DNA of 64,000 nucleotides from a bacterium (GTDB taxonomy: Bacteria; Bacillota_I; Bacilli_A; RFN20; CAG-826): contig CAVGXP010000021.1 in assembly GCA_963633165.1 (NCBI GenBank), forward strand, positions 1,496-65,495. The letters run 5' to 3'. Position numbers and translations under genes: made by a program. Below, one piece after another: positions 45,055 to 58,679 of the stretch (the first letter of the stretch is position 1; each line of letters starts with the position of its first letter). The notes under the pieces are model-generated. The model was not told the origin of the DNA, did not search any database, and worked only from the letters and a program-made list of their open reading frames with translations.

Positions 45055-45058
<4 letters not shown>
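44837..45058 (+). CDS. yaaA: S4-like RNA-binding protein YaaA
   Basis: ITLGQLLKFANIIHEGGQAKGFLAENEVLVNG..D.RRGRKL.PGD parallels B. subtilis YaaA. Located between dnaN and recF. Confidence 0.85.
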
Positions 45059-48169
<3,111 letters not shown>

Positions 48170-48183
48170 TGGAGGAAAAGACA

Positions 48184-50916
48184 ATGGATAACGACGAAAA
48201 CAAGAAAATCGACGTCGACGAAGACGAAGACAAGGTCGACGAAAACGACATCGCCGAGGAAGCCTCTTCCTTCGTCGGCATGGGCTCGAAGGAAGGGCGG
48301 CAAAGCGAAGACGCCATGTTTGGGCATGAGGCCGCTGTTTCAGGCATCATCCCGGGGATGACCGACCGCGACGTGGCTAACGAAGTCAAGACCGCCTTCC
48401 TCGATTATTCGATGTCGGTCATCATCGCCCGCGCCATCCCCGATGTGCGCGATGGCTTCAAGCCGGTCCAACGCCGCATCATCTTCGGCATGAACGAATC
48501 GGGCATGCAGCCGAGCAAGCCCTATAAGAAATGCGCTCGTATCGTCGGTGACGTCATGGGTAAATATCACCCCCACGGCGACTCCGCTCTTTATGGCGCC
48601 CTCGTCCGCTTGGCGCAGGATTTCTCCTTGCGCTACCCTCTCGTTGACGGGCACGGCAACTTTGGCGACATCGATGGCGACGAAGCCGCAGCTATGCGTT
48701 ACACCGAGGCCAGGATGAACAAGCTTTCTTTGGAGCTTGTCCGCGACATTGATTGCGATACGGTCAATTTCGTCGACAACTACGATGGCACCGAGCTTGA
48801 GCCGGAGGTCCTCCCCTGCCGCTTCCCCAACCTCATCGTCAACGGATCTGAGGGCATTGCCGTCGGCATGGCGACGAATATGCCTCCCCATAACCTTTCC
48901 GAGACCATCGACGCCATCGTGGCGATCGCCAAAAACCCCGAATTGACCGCCGAGGAAATCCTGCAGAACTACATGTTCGGCCCCGATTTCCCAAGCGGCG
49001 GCACGATCCTTGGGCGCAAAGGCATCCTTGATTATTTCCGCACCGGCGTCGGCACCGTGACCATCCGCTCGAAATATCACATCGAGGATATGGCCAATGG
49101 CAAAGAGAGGATTGTCGTCACCGAGATCCCCTACCAGGTCAACAAAGCCAACATGATCAGCAATATCGCTGATCTCGTCCGCTCGAAAACGATCGATGGC
49201 ATCACTGATGTCAGGGATGAATCCAATAAAAACGGCATCCGCGTTGTTATCGAGCTCCGCAAGGACGTGATCCCCGAGGTCGTTGCCAACAACTTGCTCA
49301 AGCACACCCAATTGCAAACCAATTTCGGCGTGATCAACCTCTGTTTGGTCGATGGCGCACCGAAGGTGCTTGGCATCGCCCCGCTGCTCAACAATTACGT
49401 CAATTTCCAAGTCGACGTCCTCACCAGAAGGACCAAATTCCTCCTCAAGAGGGATTCCGACCGTTTGCATTTGGTCGAGGGTTTGATCCTCGCCCATGAC
49501 AACATCGACGAGGTCATCCACATCATCCGCGCTTCCAAAGACGACGCCGAATCCACCGCTAAACTCTATGAAGCCTTCGGGCTTGATGAGAAGCAGTGCG
49601 CGGCCATCCTCGCCATGACCCTCCGTCGTTTGCAGGGCATGGAGCAAGACAAGCTCCTCGCCGAGAAGAACGAATTGACCGCGAACATCGCCGAATACAA
49701 CCGCATCCTCTCCTCTCGCGACAATATCATCGACCTCCTCATCGAGGAAATCAGCGAGGTCAAGAAACGCTTCGGCGACAAGCGTAGGACCGAGATCACC
49801 GACGAGGCCGCCGATATCGAAAACGAGGACCTCATCCCGCAGAAGAACATTCTCATCACCCTCACCCGCAACAATTACATCAAACGCGTCGATGACGATA
49901 CCTTCGAGGCACAGCATCGCGGCGGAAGAGGCATCACCGGCATGAAGACCACCGCCGGGGACGTCGTCAGGCTGATGTACCACACCAAGACGCACACCGA
50001 TATCCTCTTCTTCACCACCTTGGGCAAGGTCTACCGTCTCCGCGGTTACCAAATCCCTGATTCAGGGAGAACGGGCAAAGGTACCCCCGCTCAGAACATC
50101 CTCAACCTCGACAGGGACGAAAAAGTCGTCTCCATCGTTCCTTGCGATGACTACCCTGAGGGAAATTACCTCATCTTCGTCTCTCAGAACGGCTTGATTA
50201 AGCGCACCGCCCTTTCCGAATACGCCTCCATCCATCAAAATGGGAAAATCGCCGTCGGGCTTAGGGAGGGGGATGACCTCTTCGACGTCAAGCGCACGGC
50301 GGGATCCTCCATCGTCTCCCTTGCTTCCAGCAATGGCAAGCTCGTCTCCTTCGACGAAAACGAAGTTCGTCCGATGGGCCGCACCGCGACCGGAAACAAA
50401 GGCATGGACCTTTCCGACGGCGGGGAGATCGTCGGCGTCACCACTTCGGAAGAAGGCGACAAGATCCTTGTCTTGACCACTCTTGGCTTTGGCAAGATCA
50501 GCTACGCCAAAGATACCGATATCGTCGATGAAACCGGCGCGACCCGCCACTACGACGGATACCGTTTGACCCACCGCGGCGCAAAAGGCGTCACCACGCT
50601 AAATATGACCGCCAAAAACGGTCAGCTCGTCGCCGTCAGGGCCGTCAATGGCGATGAGGACCTCCTGGTCATCACCTCCACCGGCATCGTCATCCGCACG
50701 CCTTTGTCTGAGGTCAAAATCGCCGGAAGGAACACCCAAGGCGTCAAGATCATCGCCCTTGATGAAAAGGCGAAGGTCGCTTCCATCTCCATTTTGCCCC
50801 ATGAAGACCCTGTTCCCGAAGATGAGCAAGACCTTGTAGGAGAAGAGGATTCTTCCGCCGTTTCCGAGGAAGAGCCCGTGACTCCAGACGCTTTGGACGC
50901 CCCCATCGAGGAATAA
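48184..50916 (+). CDS. gyrA: DNA gyrase subunit A, with acidic N-terminal extension and acidic C-terminal tail
   Basis: [10 protein letters not shown] and the AAMRYTE active-site Tyr region, plus beta-pinwheel CTD repeats. ATG at 48184 has GGAGGA 7 nt upstream; the in-frame ATG at 48169 lacks an RBS. Confidence 0.9.
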   Translation: MDNDENKKIDVDEDEDKVDENDIAEEASSFVGMGSKEGRQSEDAMFGHEAAVSGIIPGMTDRDVANEVKTAFLDYSMSVIIARAIPDVRDGFKPVQRRIIFGMNESGMQPSKPYKKCARIVGDVMGKYHPHGDSALYGALVRLAQDFSLRYPLVDGHGNFGDIDGDEAAAMRYTEARMNKLSLELVRDIDCDTVNFVDNYDGTELEPEVLPCRFPNLIVNGSEGIAVGMATNMPPHNLSETIDAIVAIAKNPELTAEEILQNYMFGPDFPSGGTILGRKGILDYFRTGVGTVTIRSKYHIEDMANGKERIVVTEIPYQVNKANMISNIADLVRSKTIDGITDVRDESNKNGIRVVIELRKDVIPEVVANNLLKHTQLQTNFGVINLCLVDGAPKVLGIAPLLNNYVNFQVDVLTRRTKFLLKRDSDRLHLVEGLILAHDNIDEVIHIIRASKDDAESTAKLYEAFGLDEKQCAAILAMTLRRLQGMEQDKLLAEKNELTANIAEYNRILSSRDNIIDLLIEEISEVKKRFGDKRRTEITDEAADIENEDLIPQKNILITLTRNNYIKRVDDDTFEAQHRGGRGITGMKTTAGDVVRLMYHTKTHTDILFFTTLGKVYRLRGYQIPDSGRTGKGTPAQNILNLDRDEKVVSIVPCDDYPEGNYLIFVSQNGLIKRTALSEYASIHQNGKIAVGLREGDDLFDVKRTAGSSIVSLASSNGKLVSFDENEVRPMGRTATGNKGMDLSDGGEIVGVTTSEEGDKILVLTTLGFGKISYAKDTDIVDETGATRHYDGYRLTHRGAKGVTTLNMTAKNGQLVAVRAVNGDEDLLVITSTGIVIRTPLSEVKIAGRNTQGVKIIALDEKAKVASISILPHEDPVPEDEQDLVGEEDSSAVSEEEPVTPDALDAPIEE

Positions 50917-50923
50917 TGTCCCG

Positions 50924-51928
50924 ATGAAGGTTTGCGTCCATTATCCAAACCTGAAACGCAGCGATTCCTTTGAGGGGGCGCGACTCCGCAAAACCCTCAA
51001 AGGCGCCTGCGAATCCATGGGCGTGACTTGGGAGGATGAGCCATCATCCTCCACGGATATCGCCCACTTTTTATCGCCTTTAGACGAGCCTCTTCTCGTT
51101 AAATGCAAGGAAAAGGGCATAAAGACGATACTTTCTTGCTTCTATTGCGAGAACGACCCCATCGCCTCTTTCCTAGAAAAGAAAAAAGGCGTCAAGGAAG
51201 TGCCCCAAAACGCCGTTCGCATGATGAATGAGGCAGATGTTGTCCTCGTTCCCACCGAGGAGTTCGCTTCGAAAGCCCGTCAAATTGGCGCCAGCGGAAG
51301 AATCGTGGTCATGCCTCCAGGCGTCAATCTGGCTCGTTTCTCTTCCAAATCCGTCGAGTCGGATATCTTTCCCCGCTACTTCCGTGTTCCCCAGGAAAGG
51401 AAATTCGCCGTCTGCCTCGGTTCTTACGATGACAAAAAGGCAATGTCTTCTTTGATCAAGCTCGCGACTTTGACGCCGAAGATGTATTTCTATTTCTTCG
51501 GCACGAAGAAAACCCCGCTGCTGCGTTTCACTTTGTCTTCGCTGCAGAAAAAAGCCCCCAAGAATTTGGTTTATCAGCCGATCGTCCAAGACGATGTCTA
51601 CCGCAGCGCTTTGATGCATTGCTGCTGCTATCTCCTCCTTGACGATGAGCATTCCGACCAAATGGGTTTGCTCGATGCTTTCGCTTCCGGGGCCGAAGTG
51701 GTCGCCATCGGCGATCAAAAGGTGAACCCCGTGCTCAAAAACGGGGAGAACTGCCTTCTCTTCCGCAATGAGGAAGGCGCATCAAAAGCCCTTTCTCGTC
51801 TCTACCTTGAGAAAGACAAGGCGATTATAATGGCGGGGTACGGCATCGCGGAGAGTTGCGCGTTGCCGGTATTTGCGAAACAACTCTTCCTCGTTTATGA
51901 GGAAACGCTGCAAAAGGAGAGCGTATGA
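50924..51928 (+). CDS. putative glycosyltransferase, GT-B fold (GT4-like)
   Basis: Weak recognition only. The C-terminal half resembles the GT4 donor-binding region (..DQMGLLDAFASGAEVVAIGD..). Tightly coupled to gyrA and serS. Confidence 0.45.
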   Translation: MKVCVHYPNLKRSDSFEGARLRKTLKGACESMGVTWEDEPSSSTDIAHFLSPLDEPLLVKCKEKGIKTILSCFYCENDPIASFLEKKKGVKEVPQNAVRMMNEADVVLVPTEEFASKARQIGASGRIVVMPPGVNLARFSSKSVESDIFPRYFRVPQERKFAVCLGSYDDKKAMSSLIKLATLTPKMYFYFFGTKKTPLLRFTLSSLQKKAPKNLVYQPIVQDDVYRSALMHCCCYLLLDDEHSDQMGLLDAFASGAEVVAIGDQKVNPVLKNGENCLLFRNEEGASKALSRLYLEKDKAIIMAGYGIAESCALPVFAKQLFLVYEETLQKESV

Positions 51929-53208
51929 TTGATATTAAATTGATTTTGGAGAAGCCCGATTACGTCGCTTCTGCCTTGAAGAAGAAAAACTGGGATTTTG
52001 ATCCCAAGCCCATCATTGAGCTTTCGGAAAAGCGTTTGAACTTGCTTAAGGAAGTCGAGGCCTCCAAATCGGAGCAGAACAAGCTTTCCAAATCTGTCCC
52101 CCAAGTGAAGAAAGAAGGCGGCGACGTTCAGGCGATTTTCGCCAAAGTCAAAGCCCTCGCTGCTTCCAATAAAGAAAAAGAAGAAGAATTGGGTAAACTC
52201 GAAGATGAGATCAAAGGCTTGATCGAAGTTCTTCCAAACATCCCTGACGATGACCTTTGCTCTGGCGGAAAAGAGAACAACCACCCCATCTATCACTTCG
52301 GCGAAGAACCCAAATTCGAGGGTTTCACCCCCAAAGATCACGTTGAGCTGGCCGAGTCTTTGGGCCTCATCGATTACAAAAGGGCCGCGAAGATCTCCGG
52401 GACCGGAACTTGGATCTACACCAACCTCGGGGCACGTCTAGAATGGGCGCTTCTGAATTATTTCATGGAGAACCATATCGCCGACGGCTATGAGATGATC
52501 CTCCCTCCCCATATCCTCAACTACGATTCCGGCTACACCGCCGGACAATTCCCAAAATTCAAAGAAGACGTCTTCTGGCTTGAGGGCACCGAACCCAGGA
52601 AATTCCTCCTTCCGACCGCCGAAACCGCTTTGGTCAATCTCCACAGGAACGAAATACTTGGTCTTGATGAGCTTCCCAGAAAATATTTCGCCTATACGCC
52701 TTGCTATCGTAAAGAAGCCGGTTCTTACCGCACTGAAGAACGCGGAATGATCCGCGGCTATCAGTTCGATAAGATCGAAATGGTTCAGTACACCACCAAG
52801 GAAGGCTCGGATGCGGCTTTCGAAGAAATGGTCAACAAAGCAAAGAGGCTGGTTGAAGGTCTTGGCCTTTGCTACCAAGTCGATAAGCTCGCCGCCGGGG
52901 ATTGCTCGCATTCGATGGCTCGCACCTACGACATCGAAGTCTGGATCCCTTCAATGCACATCTACAAAGAGGTCTCTTCGGTTTCTAACGCCAGGGACTA
53001 TCAAGCTCGCCGCGGCATGATCCGTTATCGCGACAGCGAGGGCAAAGTTCAATTCTGCCACACCTTGAACGGTTCCGGCTTAGCGACTTCCCGTGTCTAT
53101 CCGGCAATGCTTGAGCAGTTCCAGCAGGCCGATGGGTCGGTTGTCGTCCCTGAGCCTTTGAGGAAATTCATGGGCGGGATCGAAGTTTTGAAACCCATCA
53201 AGAAGTAA
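51925..53208 (+). CDS. serS: serine--tRNA ligase
   Basis: N-terminal coiled-coil arm and class II motifs (FRKEAGS-like YRKEAGSY, GSGLA..R). Confidence 0.95.
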   Translation: MIDIKLILEKPDYVASALKKKNWDFDPKPIIELSEKRLNLLKEVEASKSEQNKLSKSVPQVKKEGGDVQAIFAKVKALAASNKEKEEELGKLEDEIKGLIEVLPNIPDDDLCSGGKENNHPIYHFGEEPKFEGFTPKDHVELAESLGLIDYKRAAKISGTGTWIYTNLGARLEWALLNYFMENHIADGYEMILPPHILNYDSGYTAGQFPKFKEDVFWLEGTEPRKFLLPTAETALVNLHRNEILGLDELPRKYFAYTPCYRKEAGSYRTEERGMIRGYQFDKIEMVQYTTKEGSDAAFEEMVNKAKRLVEGLGLCYQVDKLAAGDCSHSMARTYDIEVWIPSMHIYKEVSSVSNARDYQARRGMIRYRDSEGKVQFCHTLNGSGLATSRVYPAMLEQFQQADGSVVVPEPLRKFMGGIEVLKPIKK

Positions 53209-53287
53209 TCGCTAAACCCAATGAAACGCCTCCTCGTGAGGCGTTTTTTGATGCACGTCTTCAATGAATTGAATAAAAAAGCCAATT

Positions 53288-53315
53288 TTGCTTAATGTCA
53301 GAATTTTGCTATAAT
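53288..53315 (+). promoter_or_regulatory. sigma-A type promoter for the SRP RNA
   Basis: TTGCTT (53288-53293), 16-nt spacer, extended -10 TGCTATAAT (53307-53315). Confidence 0.6.
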
Positions 53316-53320
53316 CTTTT

Positions 53321-53404
53321 CGCCATCGCGAGAGACGGACAACGAACCAGGTCAGGTGGGGAACCAAGCAGCCTTAAATTGTTTGCCCCTGTGCGGTGGT
53401 TTTT
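53321..53404 (+). ncRNA. ffs: small (4.5S-type) signal recognition particle RNA
   Basis: ACCAGGTCAGGTGGGGAACCAAGCAGCC matches E. coli 4.5S domain IV ACCAGGUCAGGUCCGGAAGGAAGCAGCC, with a compensatory CC/GG to GG/CC swap around the same GGAA tetraloop. Terminal helix CCATCGC (53323-53329) / GCGGTGG (53393-53399), followed by a T-run. Confidence 0.85.
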
Positions 53405-53417
53405 CTATTATTTCCCC

Positions 53418-53894
53418 ATGAACGAAACGAATAAACGAACTGAAGAATCCTATATGCGCTTGGCTTTAGAAGAAGCAAAACTTGCTTATGAAGAAGGTGA
53501 AGTCCCGGTGGGGGCGATTGTTGTAAAAGATGGAGTGGTGGTCGGAAAAGGCAGGAACGGCCGGGAAAAGGGATTGGATATCTCTTCTCATGCCGAGATT
53601 AACGCTTTAAAAGACGCGAGTAGGCTTTTAGGCCGATGGGATCTCTCCGATTGCGCTTTATACGTGACTCTGGAGCCTTGTTTGATGTGTGCAGGGGCGA
53701 TTTTGCAGTCTAGGGTTCGTTATTTGTGTTTTGGGGCACTCGATAAAAAGGCGGGTGCCGTGGTATCGAATTACTATGTGTTTGATTCGAAAGACGCATA
53801 TACGCCCCCGTTAATTGACAAAAACCTATGCAAAGATGAATGCGAGGAAATTCTAAAGAAATTCTTCGCCAAGAGACGAAACGAGGGTTTTTAA
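53418..53894 (+). CDS. tadA: tRNA-specific adenosine deaminase
   Basis: CDA zinc motifs HAEINAL and PCLMCAGAI. Start set to the ATG at 53418; the ORF-track start at 53295 reads through the SRP RNA. Confidence 0.85.
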   Translation: MNETNKRTEESYMRLALEEAKLAYEEGEVPVGAIVVKDGVVVGKGRNGREKGLDISSHAEINALKDASRLLGRWDLSDCALYVTLEPCLMCAGAILQSRVRYLCFGALDKKAGAVVSNYYVFDSKDAYTPPLIDKNLCKDECEEILKKFFAKRRNEGF

Positions 53895-54037
53895 AGCGCC
53901 CTTTTAACATGTTGATGAATTTAAGAAGGGCAATTTCAGTCCATTGAGCAATGTCGTTTTTTGCATTTTTACCAAGTCTTTACGCTGTATAGAAAAATAA
54001 GAAAAAGCTAAACAACATATTGTGATATATTTCTTTC

Positions 54038-56935
54038 ATGGCAGAGAGATTAGAGTTTACATATCGGGTTGATATCGAACTAAAAAACGTCTTTAAGACT
54101 TATAAAGCGGGCGAAACAACAGTCGCGGCCTTGAACGATGTCTCTTTGTCCATTAATGAACCGGGCATCATTTCCGTGCTTGGCCATTCGGGCTGTGGAA
54201 AAACGACCCTTCTCAATATTCTCGGCGGTCTTGATAGACCTAGTAGCGGCGAGCTTTTGATCAATGGCGCCTCAACCAAAGATTATAAAAGCCGAGATTG
54301 GGACGCTTATAGAAACCAACATATCGGCTTTGTTTTCCAAAGCTACAATCTCATTGCCTACAAAACCGTTGTCGAGAACGTTCAACTGCCTTTAGAAATT
54401 TCTGGCGTTAGTGCGAAAGAAGCTAAAGAAAAAGCGTTGATCGCGCTTGAAAAAGTGGGTCTTCGCTCATTATCCAAAAAGAAACCAAATCAACTTTCTG
54501 GCGGGCAAATGCAAAGGGTCGCGATTGCTCGAGCAATCGTCAATGAACCATCCATAATTTTGGCGGATGAACCTACGGGGGCCCTTGATTCCGAATCCTC
54601 TGTTGCCGTCCTTGATTTACTGAAAACCTTATCGGCAGAAAGACCGGTTATCATCGTTACTCATAATAGAGAGTTGGCGTTCCGTTATTCCGATCGTGTT
54701 ATAGAGATGACGGATGGCAAAGTTGTTAAGGATTCCAAGCCGTGCCAAAAACCTTGCAAAATAGAAAAATCCGCCGTTTCTGCAAAGAAGAATAAACATA
54801 TGACGTGGCTTTCTGCGTTGAATTCAACTGCGCACACGCTTCTTTCAAAGAAAGCCAGGATTAGTTTGACGGCTCTCTCATGCTCTTTTGGCGTCCTTGG
54901 CGTTGCGCTTGTTTTGGCAATCAATAACGGCTTCTCTGATTACGTTTCTAAAGTTGAGAAATCCGTGGCCTCTTCCGTTCCTATAAGTTTGTCTCCGGTG
55001 ACGACAAGAACCTATGCGAAGGAAGAAACTTCTTTGGAAGAGTTCCCTAGCGGGGAGAACGTCAATGTATACTCTTCAAACAACTCCTATTCAGAAGTTA
55101 TCTACAACAATTTCTCCGACGAATACTTTTCCTATTTAAACGCGATTATGGACGATCCAAATTGCTCTGCTTATGGATCGGCGATGTCGGTTATGTACTA
55201 TCGGAAGGGCTTCACTTACCACTTTATGAAGGAGGATCCTTCCGGAGAAATTAGACTTATTAATCAATATAAGAACGCTTCCTCCTCTTCTTACACGATT
55301 GCGTCTTTGACTTCTCTGCCGGGAACAATTCTTCATGAACTCTACGGGGATGAAGGGAATATGTCCGCTTTATACGATACAATCGCGGGTAAATTCCCCA
55401 CTCAAGCCAATGAGTTGGCGTTGATTCTAGATTCTTATAACCGCATTGATTTTTCGACGATGAAAGCACTTGGCTTTTACTCTAACGACGCTGTTCTCGG
55501 CGACGAAAATTGCACCCTCACCTTTGACCAAATGATTGGAACGGAATTCAAGTGCTATACCAATTCGGAATATTACGGAATCCACTCCATGGAAGAGCTC
55601 GAGAAAAGAACACACACCATCGATGTTTCTTCTTACAACGCCTTAAGCGTGGATATTTCTGATTCTGATGGCGACGGGCAATATGAAGCGAAAGTTAGCG
55701 ACAACGATGATGCGTCTTCCACGAAACAAGTGAAAACCATCGCAGCCCCAACGGGGGAAGCGGTGTTTAAAGACGAAGAAAACCACAAAGCCATTAATTG
55801 CAAAATCGTCGGCATTTTGCGTCCAACAAGAAGCTCCTATTTGCAGTTGATGCCCGCTTCTTTGGCCTATACTCCTGCCTTGAGCCAGCTTATCGTTGCC
55901 GATCAGCAGAATCCTGTTACGCAAAAACTCGCAGAATATCAAAAAGATAATTGGGTTATTCCTAGAACTGGGGGGAGCACTTCCTGGGGATTCGATGGAA
56001 AGGAGAGAATCCAAAACGCGATGGATTGCCTGGCTTCCGCTTTCACTAAAATTAAGAAGAGCGGATCGCTAAACGATGGAGCGGGCGATTTGACTAACTT
56101 CAAAGATAAGCTAAACTCCGCATTCTGCTTCGTCACCGCCAACGGATACAACGAATCGAAGAACACGTTCTCCTATTATACCTCACCGTCTTCTTACCTT
56201 AGCCTTTGCCGGAATTTCGGCGCCGAATTCCCGAAAGCGGATTTTGAGAATATCGTTCTTGAGGCTGCTTTGAGCGGGTCGCTTGTCTATGGCCCGGATT
56301 TCTTTAACGGGGCGGCGGAGACATCCGTTATCGATTGCCTGGCTTCCATGAATGCCTATTCTTTGATCGATTCCATCCTTATTTTCCCGGCATCTTTGAC
56401 CACGAAAGATTCTTTGACGGCGTATTTGAACGCTTGGAATACCCTTCACCCAAACGAGAAAAACACCTACGTTGATATCATGGCGGATTTCACCTCTTCG
56501 TTGGGGTCGGTTGTTCAGATCCTTTCCGTCGTTTTGGTGGTTTTTGCGTCGATTTCGCTGCTTGTTTCCTCAATTATGACCGCAATAATCACTTATGTTT
56601 CCGTTGTTGAGCGGACAAAAGAGATCGGTGTTTTGCGTTCTTGTGGGGCGAGAAAAACCGATGTTGGAAAGCTTTTCGAACTCGAATGTCTCTTCGTTGG
56701 CTTCGTCGCCGGATGCTTTGGCGTTTTCCTCTCTTGGATTGCCTCTATCCCCGTAAACCAAGTCCTTAACGGAATGTTTCCTTCCAACCATCTTGGGTCG
56801 ATTGTAAGTCTGCGCCCGTTGACCGCCTTTATTCTTATTTTGGTTTCCATGGCCCTTTCTTTTATCAGCGGATTTATCCCTTCAAGGATGGCGGCGAAGA
56901 AAGATCCTGTGGTGTGTTTAAGGAGTGAACAATGA
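54038..56935 (+). CDS. MacB-type fused ABC transporter (ATPase, TM1, about 550-aa extracytoplasmic domain, FtsX module), paralog of 7619-10498
   Basis: GHSGCGKTT, LSGGQMQR and ILADEPT. TM near aa 270-295. ANELALILD MacB-core-like segment. C-terminal FtsX 3-TM region. Confidence 0.85.
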   Translation: MAERLEFTYRVDIELKNVFKTYKAGETTVAALNDVSLSINEPGIISVLGHSGCGKTTLLNILGGLDRPSSGELLINGASTKDYKSRDWDAYRNQHIGFVFQSYNLIAYKTVVENVQLPLEISGVSAKEAKEKALIALEKVGLRSLSKKKPNQLSGGQMQRVAIARAIVNEPSIILADEPTGALDSESSVAVLDLLKTLSAERPVIIVTHNRELAFRYSDRVIEMTDGKVVKDSKPCQKPCKIEKSAVSAKKNKHMTWLSALNSTAHTLLSKKARISLTALSCSFGVLGVALVLAINNGFSDYVSKVEKSVASSVPISLSPVTTRTYAKEETSLEEFPSGENVNVYSSNNSYSEVIYNNFSDEYFSYLNAIMDDPNCSAYGSAMSVMYYRKGFTYHFMKEDPSGEIRLINQYKNASSSSYTIASLTSLPGTILHELYGDEGNMSALYDTIAGKFPTQANELALILDSYNRIDFSTMKALGFYSNDAVLGDENCTLTFDQMIGTEFKCYTNSEYYGIHSMEELEKRTHTIDVSSYNALSVDISDSDGDGQYEAKVSDNDDASSTKQVKTIAAPTGEAVFKDEENHKAINCKIVGILRPTRSSYLQLMPASLAYTPALSQLIVADQQNPVTQKLAEYQKDNWVIPRTGGSTSWGFDGKERIQNAMDCLASAFTKIKKSGSLNDGAGDLTNFKDKLNSAFCFVTANGYNESKNTFSYYTSPSSYLSLCRNFGAEFPKADFENIVLEAALSGSLVYGPDFFNGAAETSVIDCLASMNAYSLIDSILIFPASLTTKDSLTAYLNAWNTLHPNEKNTYVDIMADFTSSLGSVVQILSVVLVVFASISLLVSSIMTAIITYVSVVERTKEIGVLRSCGARKTDVGKLFELECLFVGFVAGCFGVFLSWIASIPVNQVLNGMFPSNHLGSIVSLRPLTAFILILVSMALSFISGFIPSRMAAKKDPVVCLRSEQ

Positions 56936-57489
56936 TTACCGAAGCGAAATTCAAATATGCCTTAAAGAGCATGATGGAGACCATGCCCTTAGAGGAGATC
57001 AACGTCACCGCGTTGTGTGAGAAATGTAAATGCCATAGGCAAACCTTTTATTACCATTATCAGGATATTTATGACCTCATCGCGGCGATTTTCCTAAATG
57101 AGGACCTTTCCGCTATGGCCAATGCCAAAGACGTGAAAAAGACTCTTCTTGCCTTTCTTAGCTATGCCAAATCAAATTTCTCATTTCTCCGCTCTACCTA
57201 TAATTCCGCCGGTAGGGACCTGACCGACGATTTCGTGTTCGGCAAAATCAACGCCAAGCTTTTCTCTTTGTGGGTCGGCGATCCCAACATCGGGTTGAAG
57301 AAAGAAGGGGTTAGGAACGCGGCTAGGCGTTTCTCCAGGGTCGTCGCCGACGAATTTGGCTATTACATGAAAGACATCAAACTAACACCTGAGCGCTTTT
57401 CTCACCACATGACTCGTTTCATCGATAACGCCATCGCTTTTATTCTCCCATCGATTTTTGCGATGTGCAAAAAGGAGGAAAATAAATGA
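56932..57489 (+). CDS. TetR-like regulator of the DhaS/'dihydroxyacetone kinase regulator' subgroup
   Basis: INVTALCEKCKCHRQTFYYHYQDIYDL HTH region. ATGA overlaps on both sides. Confidence 0.65.
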   Translation: MITEAKFKYALKSMMETMPLEEINVTALCEKCKCHRQTFYYHYQDIYDLIAAIFLNEDLSAMANAKDVKKTLLAFLSYAKSNFSFLRSTYNSAGRDLTDDFVFGKINAKLFSLWVGDPNIGLKKEGVRNAARRFSRVVADEFGYYMKDIKLTPERFSHHMTRFIDNAIAFILPSIFAMCKKEENK

Positions 57490-58661
57490 TTGATTTCGAT
57501 TTCATCGCCCCGACACGGCTTATCTTTGGCAAGGGCGCGGAGAATAAATTAGGGGATATTTTGGAGTCCTATGGCGTCAAAAGCGTTCTTTTGGTCTATG
57601 GTGGTGGCTCCATTCTTAGGAATGGCCTCTATGCTTGCTTGACCAAACAAATGCAAAAGAAGGGGATTGCCTTTGACGAACTCAAAGGCATCCGAGCCAA
57701 TCCGACTTTGGAATCTGTTCTTGAAGGGGTCAAAATGACCCGCCAAAAACATTATGACTTGATTTTGGCCGTCGGAGGAGGCTCAGTCATCGATGCTTCC
57801 AAGGCTATCGGCGTGGGCCATTATTACGACGGCGATCCCTTTGATTTCAACCTCAAGAAAGCCGTTCCTAGCAAAACGCTTCCCGTCGGCGTTGTTCTTA
57901 CAATTTCTAGCGCAGGCAGCGAAATGTCGAACTCCTGCGTGATTTCTAACGATAAAACCAACGTGAAACAAGGCTTCAACTCCGACTTGATTCGCCCATT
58001 GTTCGCTATCGAGAACCCCGAGCTTACCTATACCGTTTCGCCTTATCAGACCGCTGTTGGGTTCTGCGACACGATGATGCATTCCTTAGAACGCTATTTC
58101 GGCGATTCCGACGATCTCCAATTGGCTGACGATTGGGCTTTGGATCTGGTCGCAAACACCATGAAAGCCGGGGTTATGGCTCTTAAGGATCCTTTTGATT
58201 ACCAAGCCCGCGCCTCTTTAATGCTCAACAGTTCCTTGTCTCATAACGGATATACGGGAATAGGAAAGAAGTACGCCTTCGTCGTTCACCCATTGGAGCA
58301 CGCCTTAAGCGGATACCGTCCAGACATCGCTCATGGCGCAGGTGTGGCGTTACTATTTTCAGCTTGGGCAAACTACGTTGCGCCGAAGCATCCGGAGAAA
58401 TTCGTTCGACTAGCAAAACGAATTTTCAATTTAGAAGGCAAGGATGACGTAGAAACGTCTATAATGGGTATCGCGGCGATGAAAGATTTCTTTCATTCCG
58501 TGGGGATGCCCACTTCCTTCAAAGAAGTTGGCGTTGACGAAAGCGACATAGAAATTCTCGCTGATTTGGCCAGTGGTAACGGAACACGTGTGATTGGCTG
58601 TTACCCCCAATCACTGAATCGGCAGGATATTGTATCCATTTATAGGAGCCTGCTTGATTAA
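57486..58661 (+). CDS. iron-containing (group III) alcohol dehydrogenase, YqhD/butanol dehydrogenase-like
   Basis: GGGS.ID..KA motif (AVGGGSVIDASKA) and conserved His cluster (HSLE, HPLEHALS, HGAGVA). Confidence 0.85.
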   Translation: MIDFDFIAPTRLIFGKGAENKLGDILESYGVKSVLLVYGGGSILRNGLYACLTKQMQKKGIAFDELKGIRANPTLESVLEGVKMTRQKHYDLILAVGGGSVIDASKAIGVGHYYDGDPFDFNLKKAVPSKTLPVGVVLTISSAGSEMSNSCVISNDKTNVKQGFNSDLIRPLFAIENPELTYTVSPYQTAVGFCDTMMHSLERYFGDSDDLQLADDWALDLVANTMKAGVMALKDPFDYQARASLMLNSSLSHNGYTGIGKKYAFVVHPLEHALSGYRPDIAHGAGVALLFSAWANYVAPKHPEKFVRLAKRIFNLEGKDDVETSIMGIAAMKDFFHSVGMPTSFKEVGVDESDIEILADLASGNGTRVIGCYPQSLNRQDIVSIYRSLLD

Positions 58662-58679
58662 GGAGGCTTTTTGTAGTTT

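Noticed and set aside
53295-53417. N-terminal 41 codons of the ORF-track version of tadA
   Set aside because: This stretch is the SRP RNA with its promoter and terminator. The deaminase homology starts after 53418.
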